DNA of 64,000 bases from Gemmatimonadota bacterium (GTDB lineage Bacteria > Gemmatimonadota > Gemmatimonadetes > Longimicrobiales > Gaopeijiaceae), in NCBI GenBank assembly GCA_034521595.1, contig JAXHMG010000003.1:224001-288000 (forward strand), written 5' to 3'. Below, piece after piece: positions 56,564 through 64,000 of the stretch. The translations under genes and the position numbers were made by a program. Numbering within the stretch: position 1 is the first letter of the stretch; the number at the start of each line of letters is the position of its first letter. The notes beneath the pieces were generated by a model. The model did no database searches. It saw only the letters and a program-made list of their open reading frames with translations, and was not told the DNA's origin.

Positions 56564-58326
56564 GGACGATGATCGGACGCATGCGTAGTGCCTCGCGACG
56601 GATGTGGCTCGTCGCGCTGGCTATGTTCGCGCTATCGGGGCACGGACCGCCCGAAGCACCCGTGGCCGACGCGGCCATGCGGGACGATGTCGAGGAGGTC
56701 CGTTCCCTGCTGGAGCGCGGGGTGGACCCGAACGCTGCCCAAGGCGACGGGATGACCGGGCTTCACTGGGCGGCCGAGCGGGGGAGCGTCGAGCTCGCTA
56801 GCGCTCTCATCGATGCGGGCGCCGAACTCGACCCCCGCACCCGTCTCGGGTCGTACACGCCGGTTCATCTGGCTGCGAGGGGTGGGCACGACGGAGTGTT
56901 GCGCCTGCTTCTGGAGGGGGGAGCGTCCCCGTCCATGCCAACCACGACCGGCGCCGTGACGCCGCTTCATTTTGCTGCGACATCGGCGAATCCCGCCGTG
57001 GCCGTGGCCCTTCTCGAGCATGGCGCCGACCCGGATGCCCGGGAAGAACGTTGGGGCCAGACCCCGTTGATGTTCGCGGCCGCGGCCGCTCGTCCGGCCG
57101 TGGTCGATGCACTACTCGACCACGGTGCGGATCCCGAGTCGCGGGCGTACGTCCTGGACCTGCCGACCCGCGCGGCCGAGGATGCTGCCGACCGGGATCG
57201 GGTGGAGGAGGCACGAGAGAGCGGGAAGCCGCGCGCCTCCGTCCGACGTCCGTCCTTTACGTCGCCTCGACCCGCGGAGCGCCCTGTAGATAAGGGGGGC
57301 TTGGCCGATCGCGAGGGCGAATCAGAGGTCCGGTCGTATTCTTCCGCGGAGCTGATCGGAGGCTATGGAGGCCTGTCCGCCTTACTCATGGCGGTGCGAG
57401 AGGGTAGCACCGAGACGGCCCTGCGTCTCGTAGACGGCGGTGCGGATATCGACGGACGGAGTGCCGGAGACGGGACGTCCCCGCTGCTCATGGCGACGAT
57501 CAACGGACACTTCGACCTGGCGCTCCAGCTCCTCGAGGGGGGGGCGGACCCTCGTCTTCAGAACGATGCCGGTGCGACCGCCCTCTACACCGCGATCAAT
57601 ACCCAGTGGATTCCGAAGTCACGGCACCCTCAGCCGGCACACTATAAGCAGCAGAAGGCGAGCTATCTCCAGGTAATGGAGGCGCTGCTGGAGGCCGGAG
57701 TGGATCCCAACGTTCGGTTGAACCGGGAGCTCTGGTTCACGAGGGGAGGATACCTCGGCGTGGACCGCATGGGCGCGACGCCGTTCTGGAGGGCCGCGTA
57801 CGCACTCGATGTCGATGCGATGAAGCTCCTTGTCGAACACGGTGCGGACCCCACCATTCCGACGATGAAGGCTCCGTCGCGACGGCGCCGGGGCGGAAGC
57901 GACAACACGGACGGCTCGGATCCCTCGGGACTTCCAGCGGTGCCGCCGGGTGGGCCGGGAGTCTATCCCATTCACGCGGCGAGCGGGGTGGGGTACGGTG
58001 AAGGGTATGCCGGCAACGTCCATCGGCATGTGCCGGATGGATGGATGCCGGCGGTGAAGTACCTCGTGGAGGAGCTCGGTGCCGACGTGAACGTTCGTGA
58101 CCACAACGGATACAACGCGCTTCATCACGCGGCCGCACGTGGGGACAACGACATGATTCTGTACCTGGTGGAGCAGGGAGCCGACGTGATGGCGGTGAGC
58201 CGCCGGGGTCAGACGACGGTCGATATGGCGAACGGGCCCGTGCAGCGGATTACGCCGTTCCCCGAGACCATACGGTTGTTGGAGGGATTGGGCGCCAAGA
58301 ACAACCACAACTGCGTGTCGTGCTGA
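56560..58326 (+). CDS. Exported ankyrin-repeat protein with C-terminal CVSC, copy 2
   Basis: Ankyrin repeats; ends NHNCVSC; start 56560 or 56569. Confidence 0.92.
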   Translation: MRTMIGRMRSASRRMWLVALAMFALSGHGPPEAPVADAAMRDDVEEVRSLLERGVDPNAAQGDGMTGLHWAAERGSVELASALIDAGAELDPRTRLGSYTPVHLAARGGHDGVLRLLLEGGASPSMPTTTGAVTPLHFAATSANPAVAVALLEHGADPDAREERWGQTPLMFAAAAARPAVVDALLDHGADPESRAYVLDLPTRAAEDAADRDRVEEARESGKPRASVRRPSFTSPRPAERPVDKGGLADREGESEVRSYSSAELIGGYGGLSALLMAVREGSTETALRLVDGGADIDGRSAGDGTSPLLMATINGHFDLALQLLEGGADPRLQNDAGATALYTAINTQWIPKSRHPQPAHYKQQKASYLQVMEALLEAGVDPNVRLNRELWFTRGGYLGVDRMGATPFWRAAYALDVDAMKLLVEHGADPTIPTMKAPSRRRRGGSDNTDGSDPSGLPAVPPGGPGVYPIHAASGVGYGEGYAGNVHRHVPDGWMPAVKYLVEELGADVNVRDHNGYNALHHAAARGDNDMILYLVEQGADVMAVSRRGQTTVDMANGPVQRITPFPETIRLLEGLGAKNNHNCVSC

Positions 58327-58365
58327 CGGCGAAGCTTCAGCTTCGCTTCGAGTGACGTAAGAAAA

Positions 58366-58408
58366 AGAAGGCCCCGGAAGCGATTGCGGATCGCTTCCGG
58401 GGCCTTCT
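58366..58408. terminator. Intrinsic terminator hairpin between convergent genes
   Basis: 19-bp perfect stem AGAAGGCCCCGGAAGCGAT / ATCGCTTCCGGGGCCTTCT with a 5-nt loop. The A-tract on the left gives a U-tail for the minus strand. Confidence 0.85.
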
Positions 58409-58503
58409 CTCGTCCTTCATCGTCGTCCCTGACCCGACTGGCTATTGTCTACTCACGATCGGCCTTCCGTGGTCTTCGGAGGTATCCGCCGGCGTGAAAC
58501 CGC

Positions 58504-58920
58504 TTATCGCTGGTGGTCGTCGCTGTCGTCGGTCCCGTCGAGAGATGCGACAATCTCTTCGAAGCGCGAGCGAGCTTCGTTATCGACGCTCAGGAGGAAC
58601 GTGATGCCGTCGTACTCTTCCTTCGTCATCTCGTGCTCCTCGTACAGCGCGGCCAGCCGCTCGTCCATCTCTTCACGCAGACGCTCTCGAGCGTCCGTCT
58701 CGTGGACGCTCGCCTTCTCGGCCTGGAACTCCTCCTGAGCCTCCTGGATGGCGCGGTGGAGCGTCGCGTACGTCGTGAGGCGCTCTTCGCTCACCGATGG
58801 GGCATCAGCAGTCTGTTGCGCCGCCTGGGCCTCGGCACGATCTGGTAGGCCACCGACGGCGACGGCCGCCGCGAAAAGGGCGAAGCCGAGAAGCCGAGCG
58901 CGGGTGTTGCGGGTATCCAT
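58504..58920 (-). CDS. Exported helical protein, DUF4168-like
   Basis: Signal peptide ending AEAQA; VSEERLTTYA...EEHEMTKEEYDGI...RFEEI pattern. Confidence 0.75.
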   Translation of the reverse strand: MDTRNTRARLLGFALFAAAVAVGGLPDRAEAQAAQQTADAPSVSEERLTTYATLHRAIQEAQEEFQAEKASVHETDARERLREEMDERLAALYEEHEMTKEEYDGITFLLSVDNEARSRFEEIVASLDGTDDSDDHQR

Positions 58921-59085
58921 CTTGGTCGTTCCTCCGGCGATGACAGGTCGGGTCTTCTATCGTGATCGTGCCCTCATACCCGGCAGAGGGTCCGAGTGTT
59001 GCGTGCCTGGGGCACAGTCCCATCATATCCGGGTATACTATTGTGACGAAACGGCACGAGCACCTTTTGACACGAGGGTAGCATC

Positions 59086-59349
59086 ATACCTATCTACGAA
59101 TACTCCTGCCAGTCTTGTGGCGCACGTTTCGAGAATCTCGTGCTCGGGTCGAAAGAGACGCCTGCCGTTGTTTGCCCGAAGTGCGAGAGCGAGGACGTGG
59201 AGCGACTGCTGTCCACGCCGGCCGTGCAGTCGGATACGACGCACGCCAAGGCGATGCAAGCGGCGAAGAAGCGGGACCAGGAGCAAGGGAAGGAGCGCAT
59301 GCACGCGCAGCTCCAGTACGAGCAGAGTCACGACCGGCACGGTCACTGA
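59086..59349 (+). CDS. FmdB-family zinc-ribbon protein with apparent ATA start codon
   Basis: (I)PIYEYSCQSCGARFE...CPKCES..VERLLS; GAGGG RBS at 59074; in-frame TGA at 59068. Confidence 0.85.
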   Translation: MPIYEYSCQSCGARFENLVLGSKETPAVVCPKCESEDVERLLSTPAVQSDTTHAKAMQAAKKRDQEQGKERMHAQLQYEQSHDRHGH

Positions 59350-59420
59350 CGGCGGTCCGTCCGCCAATGCTGCGGAACGCCGGGTTCCGCAGCACGACGT
59401 CAACGCTTCGTCCCCGGGCG

Positions 59421-59503
59421 GTGTCTTTATGGGTAGAGAGCCGATGCCAGCGGTCAGAACGCGCTTCGCGCTTCTGGCATGAGAGTGATCGGCCGAATAT
59501 ACT
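59421..59503 (+). promoter_or_regulatory. Candidate regulatory region of module copy 3
   Basis: GTGTCTTTATNNGTA at 59421 and ATATACT at 59497, as upstream of copy 1. Confidence 0.45.
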
Positions 59504-59649
59504 CGAAGTGACACGAAAAGAACCGCATTCGGTGATGCCCGCCGGTGAGCGAGCTTCACCATCGACTTGAACGAAACACCCGCTCCTGCGGAAAGACGCG
59601 TTCCGCGCTTTCGGGGATCGGGGCCAGCAGGCCAGAATTGGGAGGCCGG

Positions 59650-62130
59650 ATGAAGACAGTCTCCGCGACAATCGCGGCGGTAGGTGCGCTGATGATGTAC
59701 GCCGGTGGCGTGACGATGACGCTTCCGGAGGGATCCAGCGACATCGCGGCGTCGGACGCCACCACGGAACACGCATCCGTGGGCGAGTTGGCGAGCGAGC
59801 TCTCGAACAACGAGATCGTGGACCGATACTGCGTCCGGTGTCACAGTGAGCGCCGTCTGCAGGGCAACCTGTCCCTGGAAGACTACGATGCCACGGCGCC
59901 GGAATCGGATGCGCAGCTCAGCGAGAAGGTGATTCTGAAGCTGCGTGCCGGCATGATGCCACCGCCCGGCGCCAACCGGCCGGGGGGAGACACGCTTCAG
60001 GCGCTCGCGGTCTCGCTGGAGAACCGAGTCGACGAGGTCGCGCTCGACAATCCCAACCCGGGCTCCCGTCCCTTCCAGCGGCTGAATCGGGCCGAGTACG
60101 GGCGTTCCGTTCGGAATCTGCTGAACCTGGAGATCGACGCCGGAGATTACCTCCCGCTCGATACGAAGAGCGCGAACTTCGACAACATCGCCGACGTGCA
60201 GATGCTGTCGCCGACGCTCCTCAACTCCTACATGAACGCGGCGGCCGAAGTCAGCCGCTTGGCCATGGGCGACCGCAATGCCTCCGCGCGTTCGGTGACG
60301 TTCACCAATCCCGGGTACATCTCCCAGTGGGATCGTGTCCCCGGCGCGCCGTACGGGACGCGCGGCGGAGTGAGCGTCGTGCATAACTTCCCGGCGGACG
60401 GTGAATACCGCCTGAGCATGACCTTCGAGCACACCACGACGGGTGGTGTCTACGGTGGTACATATAAGGACGAAGACGTCGAGATCTCGGTCGACGGCGA
60501 ACGGAAGGCCGTGATCGCTTTCGATCGCTGGATGTCGGTGGCCGACCCGAACGGCGTCGAGATGGAGCTTGAGGAGCCCATCACCGTGACGGCCGGTCCC
60601 CATCGGATCACGGCGGCGTTCATCAAGAAGAACGAAGGCCCGATGGAGGACGTGCTGTCGCCGCACGACTGGTCGATCGCGGACCGCCAGATCGGCGCTA
60701 GCGGAGGTTACGGCGTAACGACGCCGGCGCACATGAAGGACCTCATTATTCACGGTCCTGTCGAGGTAACGGGTGTGTCCGAGACCCCGAGCCGTGAGCA
60801 CGTCCTTTCCTGCCGGCCCACCGAGCCGTCGGAGGAGCGGCCCTGCGCCGAGAAGATTATCGAGCGACTCGGGCCTGAAGCGTTCCGTCGCCCGCTGACC
60901 GACGAGGATCGCGAATCCCTCATGAGCTTCTACGAGTTCGGCTATGAAGAAGGCGGATTCGAAATCGGGATTCGCACGGTGGTGGAAGCGCTGCTCGCCA
61001 GCCCGGACTTCATCTTCCGATTCGAAGAGGCGCCGGCCGATGTCCAGGGAGGTGATGTATACCGTATCAACGACATCGACCTGGCGGCCCGGCTCTCGTA
61101 CTTCCTCTGGGGTCTTCCCCCGGATGACGAGTTGATCCAGCTCGCCGCCGAGAACCGTCTGTCGGATCCGGAAGTATTGGATGCCCAGGTGGACCGGATG
61201 TTGGACGATCCGCGCTCCGAGGCTCTGGCGACGCGGTTCGCGGCCCAGTGGCTGAGGCTCGGCGACCTGGACAAAGTTCATCCGGACCGGCTGATGTTTC
61301 CGGACTTCCACGAGCAGCTGAAGGATGCGATGCGTCGCGAGACCGAGCTGCTGTTCGACCACCTGGTTCGTGAAGACAAGAGCTTCTTCGAGCTCTACAC
61401 GGCGGACTACACGTTCGTGAACGAGCGGCTCGCCCGGCACTACGGGATCGACGGTGTCACGGGCGACGAGTTCCGTCGCGTATCGTATCCCGAAGGCTCG
61501 AAGCGTCCGGGTATTCTCGGGCACGGAAGCATCCTGACGCTCACCTCCCACGCGGGTCGTACGTCACCCGTGCTGCGAGGAAAGTGGATCATGGAGGTCG
61601 TGATGGGCACGCCCCCGCCGCCACCACCGCCCGGTGTGCCGTCGCTCGACGAAACAGCGGACGAGGCTTCCGAGGGCCGTAACCTGACCACGAAGGAGCG
61701 CATGGAGATGCACCGCGCGAACCCGACGTGTAACGCGTGTCATCGGTTCATCGACCCGATCGGCTTGGCACTGGATAACTTCGACGTCACGGGACAGTGG
61801 CGGATCAAGGAAGGTGGTGTCCCGCTGGATACCAGAGGGGAGCTCTACGACGGCACGCCCGTCACGAGCCCATTGTCCCTCCAGGACGCGCTACTCGACC
61901 GGTCCGTGCTGCTCCTTCGGTCGTTCACGTCGAACCTCATGGCCTACGCCCTCGGGCGCCGGACGGAGTACTTCGATCAGCCGACGATCCGAAAGATCGT
62001 GGACAACGCGGAAGAGGACGGATATAGCATGACCTCGTTCGTGAAGGGCATCGTGAAGAGCGACGCCTTCCAGATGCAGAAGGCCGGGGCGCCCACGGAG
62101 GACGTGGCCGCCGACGCAGCAAATCAGTAA
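59650..62130 (+). CDS. DUF1592-family diheme cytochrome c protein, copy 3
   Basis: GGAGG RBS, MKTV start like copy 1; CVRCH and CNACH. Confidence 0.9.
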   Translation: MKTVSATIAAVGALMMYAGGVTMTLPEGSSDIAASDATTEHASVGELASELSNNEIVDRYCVRCHSERRLQGNLSLEDYDATAPESDAQLSEKVILKLRAGMMPPPGANRPGGDTLQALAVSLENRVDEVALDNPNPGSRPFQRLNRAEYGRSVRNLLNLEIDAGDYLPLDTKSANFDNIADVQMLSPTLLNSYMNAAAEVSRLAMGDRNASARSVTFTNPGYISQWDRVPGAPYGTRGGVSVVHNFPADGEYRLSMTFEHTTTGGVYGGTYKDEDVEISVDGERKAVIAFDRWMSVADPNGVEMELEEPITVTAGPHRITAAFIKKNEGPMEDVLSPHDWSIADRQIGASGGYGVTTPAHMKDLIIHGPVEVTGVSETPSREHVLSCRPTEPSEERPCAEKIIERLGPEAFRRPLTDEDRESLMSFYEFGYEEGGFEIGIRTVVEALLASPDFIFRFEEAPADVQGGDVYRINDIDLAARLSYFLWGLPPDDELIQLAAENRLSDPEVLDAQVDRMLDDPRSEALATRFAAQWLRLGDLDKVHPDRLMFPDFHEQLKDAMRRETELLFDHLVREDKSFFELYTADYTFVNERLARHYGIDGVTGDEFRRVSYPEGSKRPGILGHGSILTLTSHAGRTSPVLRGKWIMEVVMGTPPPPPPPGVPSLDETADEASEGRNLTTKERMEMHRANPTCNACHRFIDPIGLALDNFDVTGQWRIKEGGVPLDTRGELYDGTPVTSPLSLQDALLDRSVLLLRSFTSNLMAYALGRRTEYFDQPTIRKIVDNAEEDGYSMTSFVKGIVKSDAFQMQKAGAPTEDVAADAANQ

Positions 62131-62185
62131 CTCAGCAACAGCGATCGAGAACGGTTCCCAATAGACCGCATAGGAGAACAACACC

Positions 62186-63601
62186 ATGGAATTCATTACC
62201 GGAAGGCACATTCCCCGTCGCACGTTTCTGCAAGGCATGGGGGCCTCCGTCGCACTACCGTTTCTCGACGCGATGGTCCCCGCGGGCCGTGGTTGGTCCA
62301 GTGCGGCCGCCGAGTTCGACGCCACCCGTCTCGTCGCCATCGAGATGGTGCACGGCGCGGCAGGATGTAACGACTGGGGCGCGACCCAGAACCTGTGGGC
62401 CCCCGCTGATGTGGGCCGGAATTTCGACCTGAGCCCGACGTCGCTCCGTTCGCTGGAGTCTTGGAGAGAGTACCTCACGATCGTGAGCAACACCGACGTC
62501 CGGATGGCCGAAGCGTTCAAGCCGAAGGAGATCGGCGGTGACCACTTCCGCTCGAGCGCGGTGTTCCTCACGCAGTCGCATCCGAAGCAGACCGAGGGTT
62601 CCGACGTCTTCGTCGGTACCTCGCTGGATCAGATGTACGCCAAGCGGTATGGGCAGGATACGCCCATCCCCTCGATGCAGCTGTGTATCGAGAATATCGA
62701 TCAGTCCGGCGGCTGTGCGTACGGGTACACTTGCGTCTACACGGACTCGATCAGCTGGGCCTCACCCACCGAGCCGCTCCCGGTCATCCGGGATCCGCGC
62801 GTGGCGTTCGAGCAGCTCTTCGGCGCCGGTGGCACGGCTGAGGAGCGTGCGCTGCGCCGCCGTACCGGCAGCAGCATCCTGGACTGGGTGTCCGGGCGTG
62901 TGAGCCAATTGCGGCGTGACCTGGGCCCGAATGATCGCGACCGACTCGATCGTTACTTGGAGAACGTGCGCGAGCTCGAGCGTCGCATCGAGCTGGTGGA
63001 GGCACAGAACCAGAGCGGTGAGATGCGCGAGCTGCCCGAAGCGCCGGCCGGTGTGCCGGATTCCTTCGAGGAGCACGTGCGGCTCATGTTCGACGTTCAG
63101 GCCCTCGCCTTCGAATCCGATACCACGCGCGTGTTTTCCTTCAAGATGGGCCGTGACTCCTCCGCTCGAGTGTACCCGGATAGCGGGACGGACAAACCGT
63201 TCCACCCGGCATCGCACCACGGTGGGCAAGAAGAAGCCATCTTGGACTTCCAGAAGATCAACACGTACCACGTCAGCATGCTGCCGTACTTCTTGGAGAG
63301 CCTCAGCAAGATCCAGGAAGGCGACCAGACCATGCTCGACAAGACGATGATCGTCTATGGGTCTCCGATGGGCGATCCGAACCTCCACAACCATCGCCGG
63401 ACACCTCTGATCACGTTGGGCGGTGCCAACGGCAAGCTGGAAGGGAACCTGCACTTGAGGGCACCCGACGGTACGCCGATGGCGAATGCGATGCTAAGCC
63501 TGATGCACAAGCTCGGGTTGGACGACATGGAAAGCTTCGGAGACAGCACTGGCGAACTCTCGTTCGGTGCTCCGTCCATCTCGACGGCCATGGGCCGCTG
63601 A
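62186..63601 (+). CDS. DUF1552 (HXXSHH) protein, copy 3
   Basis: PRRTFLQG, CAYGYTCVY, HPASHH and HNHRRTP motifs. Confidence 0.9.
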   Translation: MEFITGRHIPRRTFLQGMGASVALPFLDAMVPAGRGWSSAAAEFDATRLVAIEMVHGAAGCNDWGATQNLWAPADVGRNFDLSPTSLRSLESWREYLTIVSNTDVRMAEAFKPKEIGGDHFRSSAVFLTQSHPKQTEGSDVFVGTSLDQMYAKRYGQDTPIPSMQLCIENIDQSGGCAYGYTCVYTDSISWASPTEPLPVIRDPRVAFEQLFGAGGTAEERALRRRTGSSILDWVSGRVSQLRRDLGPNDRDRLDRYLENVRELERRIELVEAQNQSGEMRELPEAPAGVPDSFEEHVRLMFDVQALAFESDTTRVFSFKMGRDSSARVYPDSGTDKPFHPASHHGGQEEAILDFQKINTYHVSMLPYFLESLSKIQEGDQTMLDKTMIVYGSPMGDPNLHNHRRTPLITLGGANGKLEGNLHLRAPDGTPMANAMLSLMHKLGLDDMESFGDSTGELSFGAPSISTAMGR

Positions 63602-63638
63602 GACGGGACTATCCTGAAGCTTGCGTAGGGAGATACAT

Positions 63639-64000
63639 ATGAAGAACCGTTTGCACACTCATTCATTGGGCGCGCTTTTGGCGACGCTCTTCCTGTGGGG
63701 TGGCACGCCACCGGAAGCCCCGGTAGCGGATGCTGCCATGCAGGGAGACTTCGCCCGGGTCGAGTCACTGATCCAAGAGGGTGCGGACCCGGACGTCGCT
63801 CAGGGAGACGGGATGACCGCGCTCCACTGGGCGGCCGAGCAAGGGCACGCCGAGATGGCCCGTACGCTCGTCGATGCGGGTGCGAGCCTTTCGTTGACGA
63901 CACGCCTGGGTGACTACACGCCCCTTCATATGGCGGCACGAGGAGGGCACGCGGAGGTCCTGGAGATTCTGCTCGAAGCGGGCAGCGACCCGAATGCACG
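63639..64000 (+). CDS. Exported ankyrin-repeat protein, copy 3; 3'-partial and absent from the ORF track
   Basis: Own translation: MKNRLHTHSLGALLATLFLWGGTPPEAPVADAAMQGD...AQGDGMTALHWAA...YTPLHMAARGGH, collinear with copies 1 and 2. Confidence 0.92.
   Translation, partial: MKNRLHTHSLGALLATLFLWGGTPPEAPVADAAMQGDFARVESLIQEGADPDVAQGDGMTALHWAAEQGHAEMARTLVDAGASLSLTTRLGDYTPLHMAARGGHAEVLEILLEAGSDPNA

Noticed and set aside
1-64000. Many long alternative-frame and antisense ORFs (e.g. 18924-20939 +, 23396-25669 +, 43798-45723 -, 59038-61551 -)
   Set aside because: They are Arg/Pro/Ala-rich shadows of recognisable genes, expected in high-GC DNA, with no family motifs.
1-64000. CRISPR arrays, tRNA/rRNA genes, integrases or transposases
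   Set aside because: No regularly spaced repeats, cloverleaf motifs or recombinase/transposase ORFs were recognised by eye.
46916-64000. Triplication as an assembly artefact
   Set aside because: The copies differ throughout in codons, indels and leader peptides, and two unrelated genes lie between copies 2 and 3.

Overview
High-GC bacterial window. Gene content suggests Gemmatimonadota or a similar lineage, but this is inference only. About 54 CDS and 2 gene remnants; no rRNA, tRNA or CRISPR array was seen. Five blocks: (1) 1-15.6 kb, a stress/dormancy-type block with a CPH-type P1B Cu ATPase, patatin, AidB-like acyl-CoA dehydrogenase, cfa, archease-rtcB, a truncated HPF/cold-shock fusion, a ZIP transporter, a sigma-54 response regulator with candidate enhancer sites and promoter, a CBS protein with a histone-like tail, a GT4 glycosyltransferase and fbaB. 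(2) 15.6-23 kb, exported peptide/amino-acid enzymes, a DAACS transporter, a cyclophilin remnant, and an unexplained alpha-oxoamine synthase / acetoacetate-decarboxylase-like / PaaX operon. (3) 23-37 kb, menH, an MFS transporter, envelope proteins, and USP+CBS genes divergent from a FixL/DosP-like PAS kinase and NarL regulator. (4) 37-46.7 kb, menFDBAE with a 273-bp MITE (30-bp terminal inverted repeats, TTAA duplication) inserted in the menD 3' end, followed by DUF3311-type protein, SSS symporter and a secreted cyanophycinase. (5) 46.9-64 kb, three diverged copies of an uncharacterised, apparently exported three-gene module: diheme DUF1592-family cytochrome, Tat-type DUF1552 Cys/His protein, and ankyrin protein ending in CVSC. 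Copies 1 and 3 share an upstream motif. This triplicated module is the best candidate for an undescribed system. All family calls come from motif recognition by eye; no database search was run.
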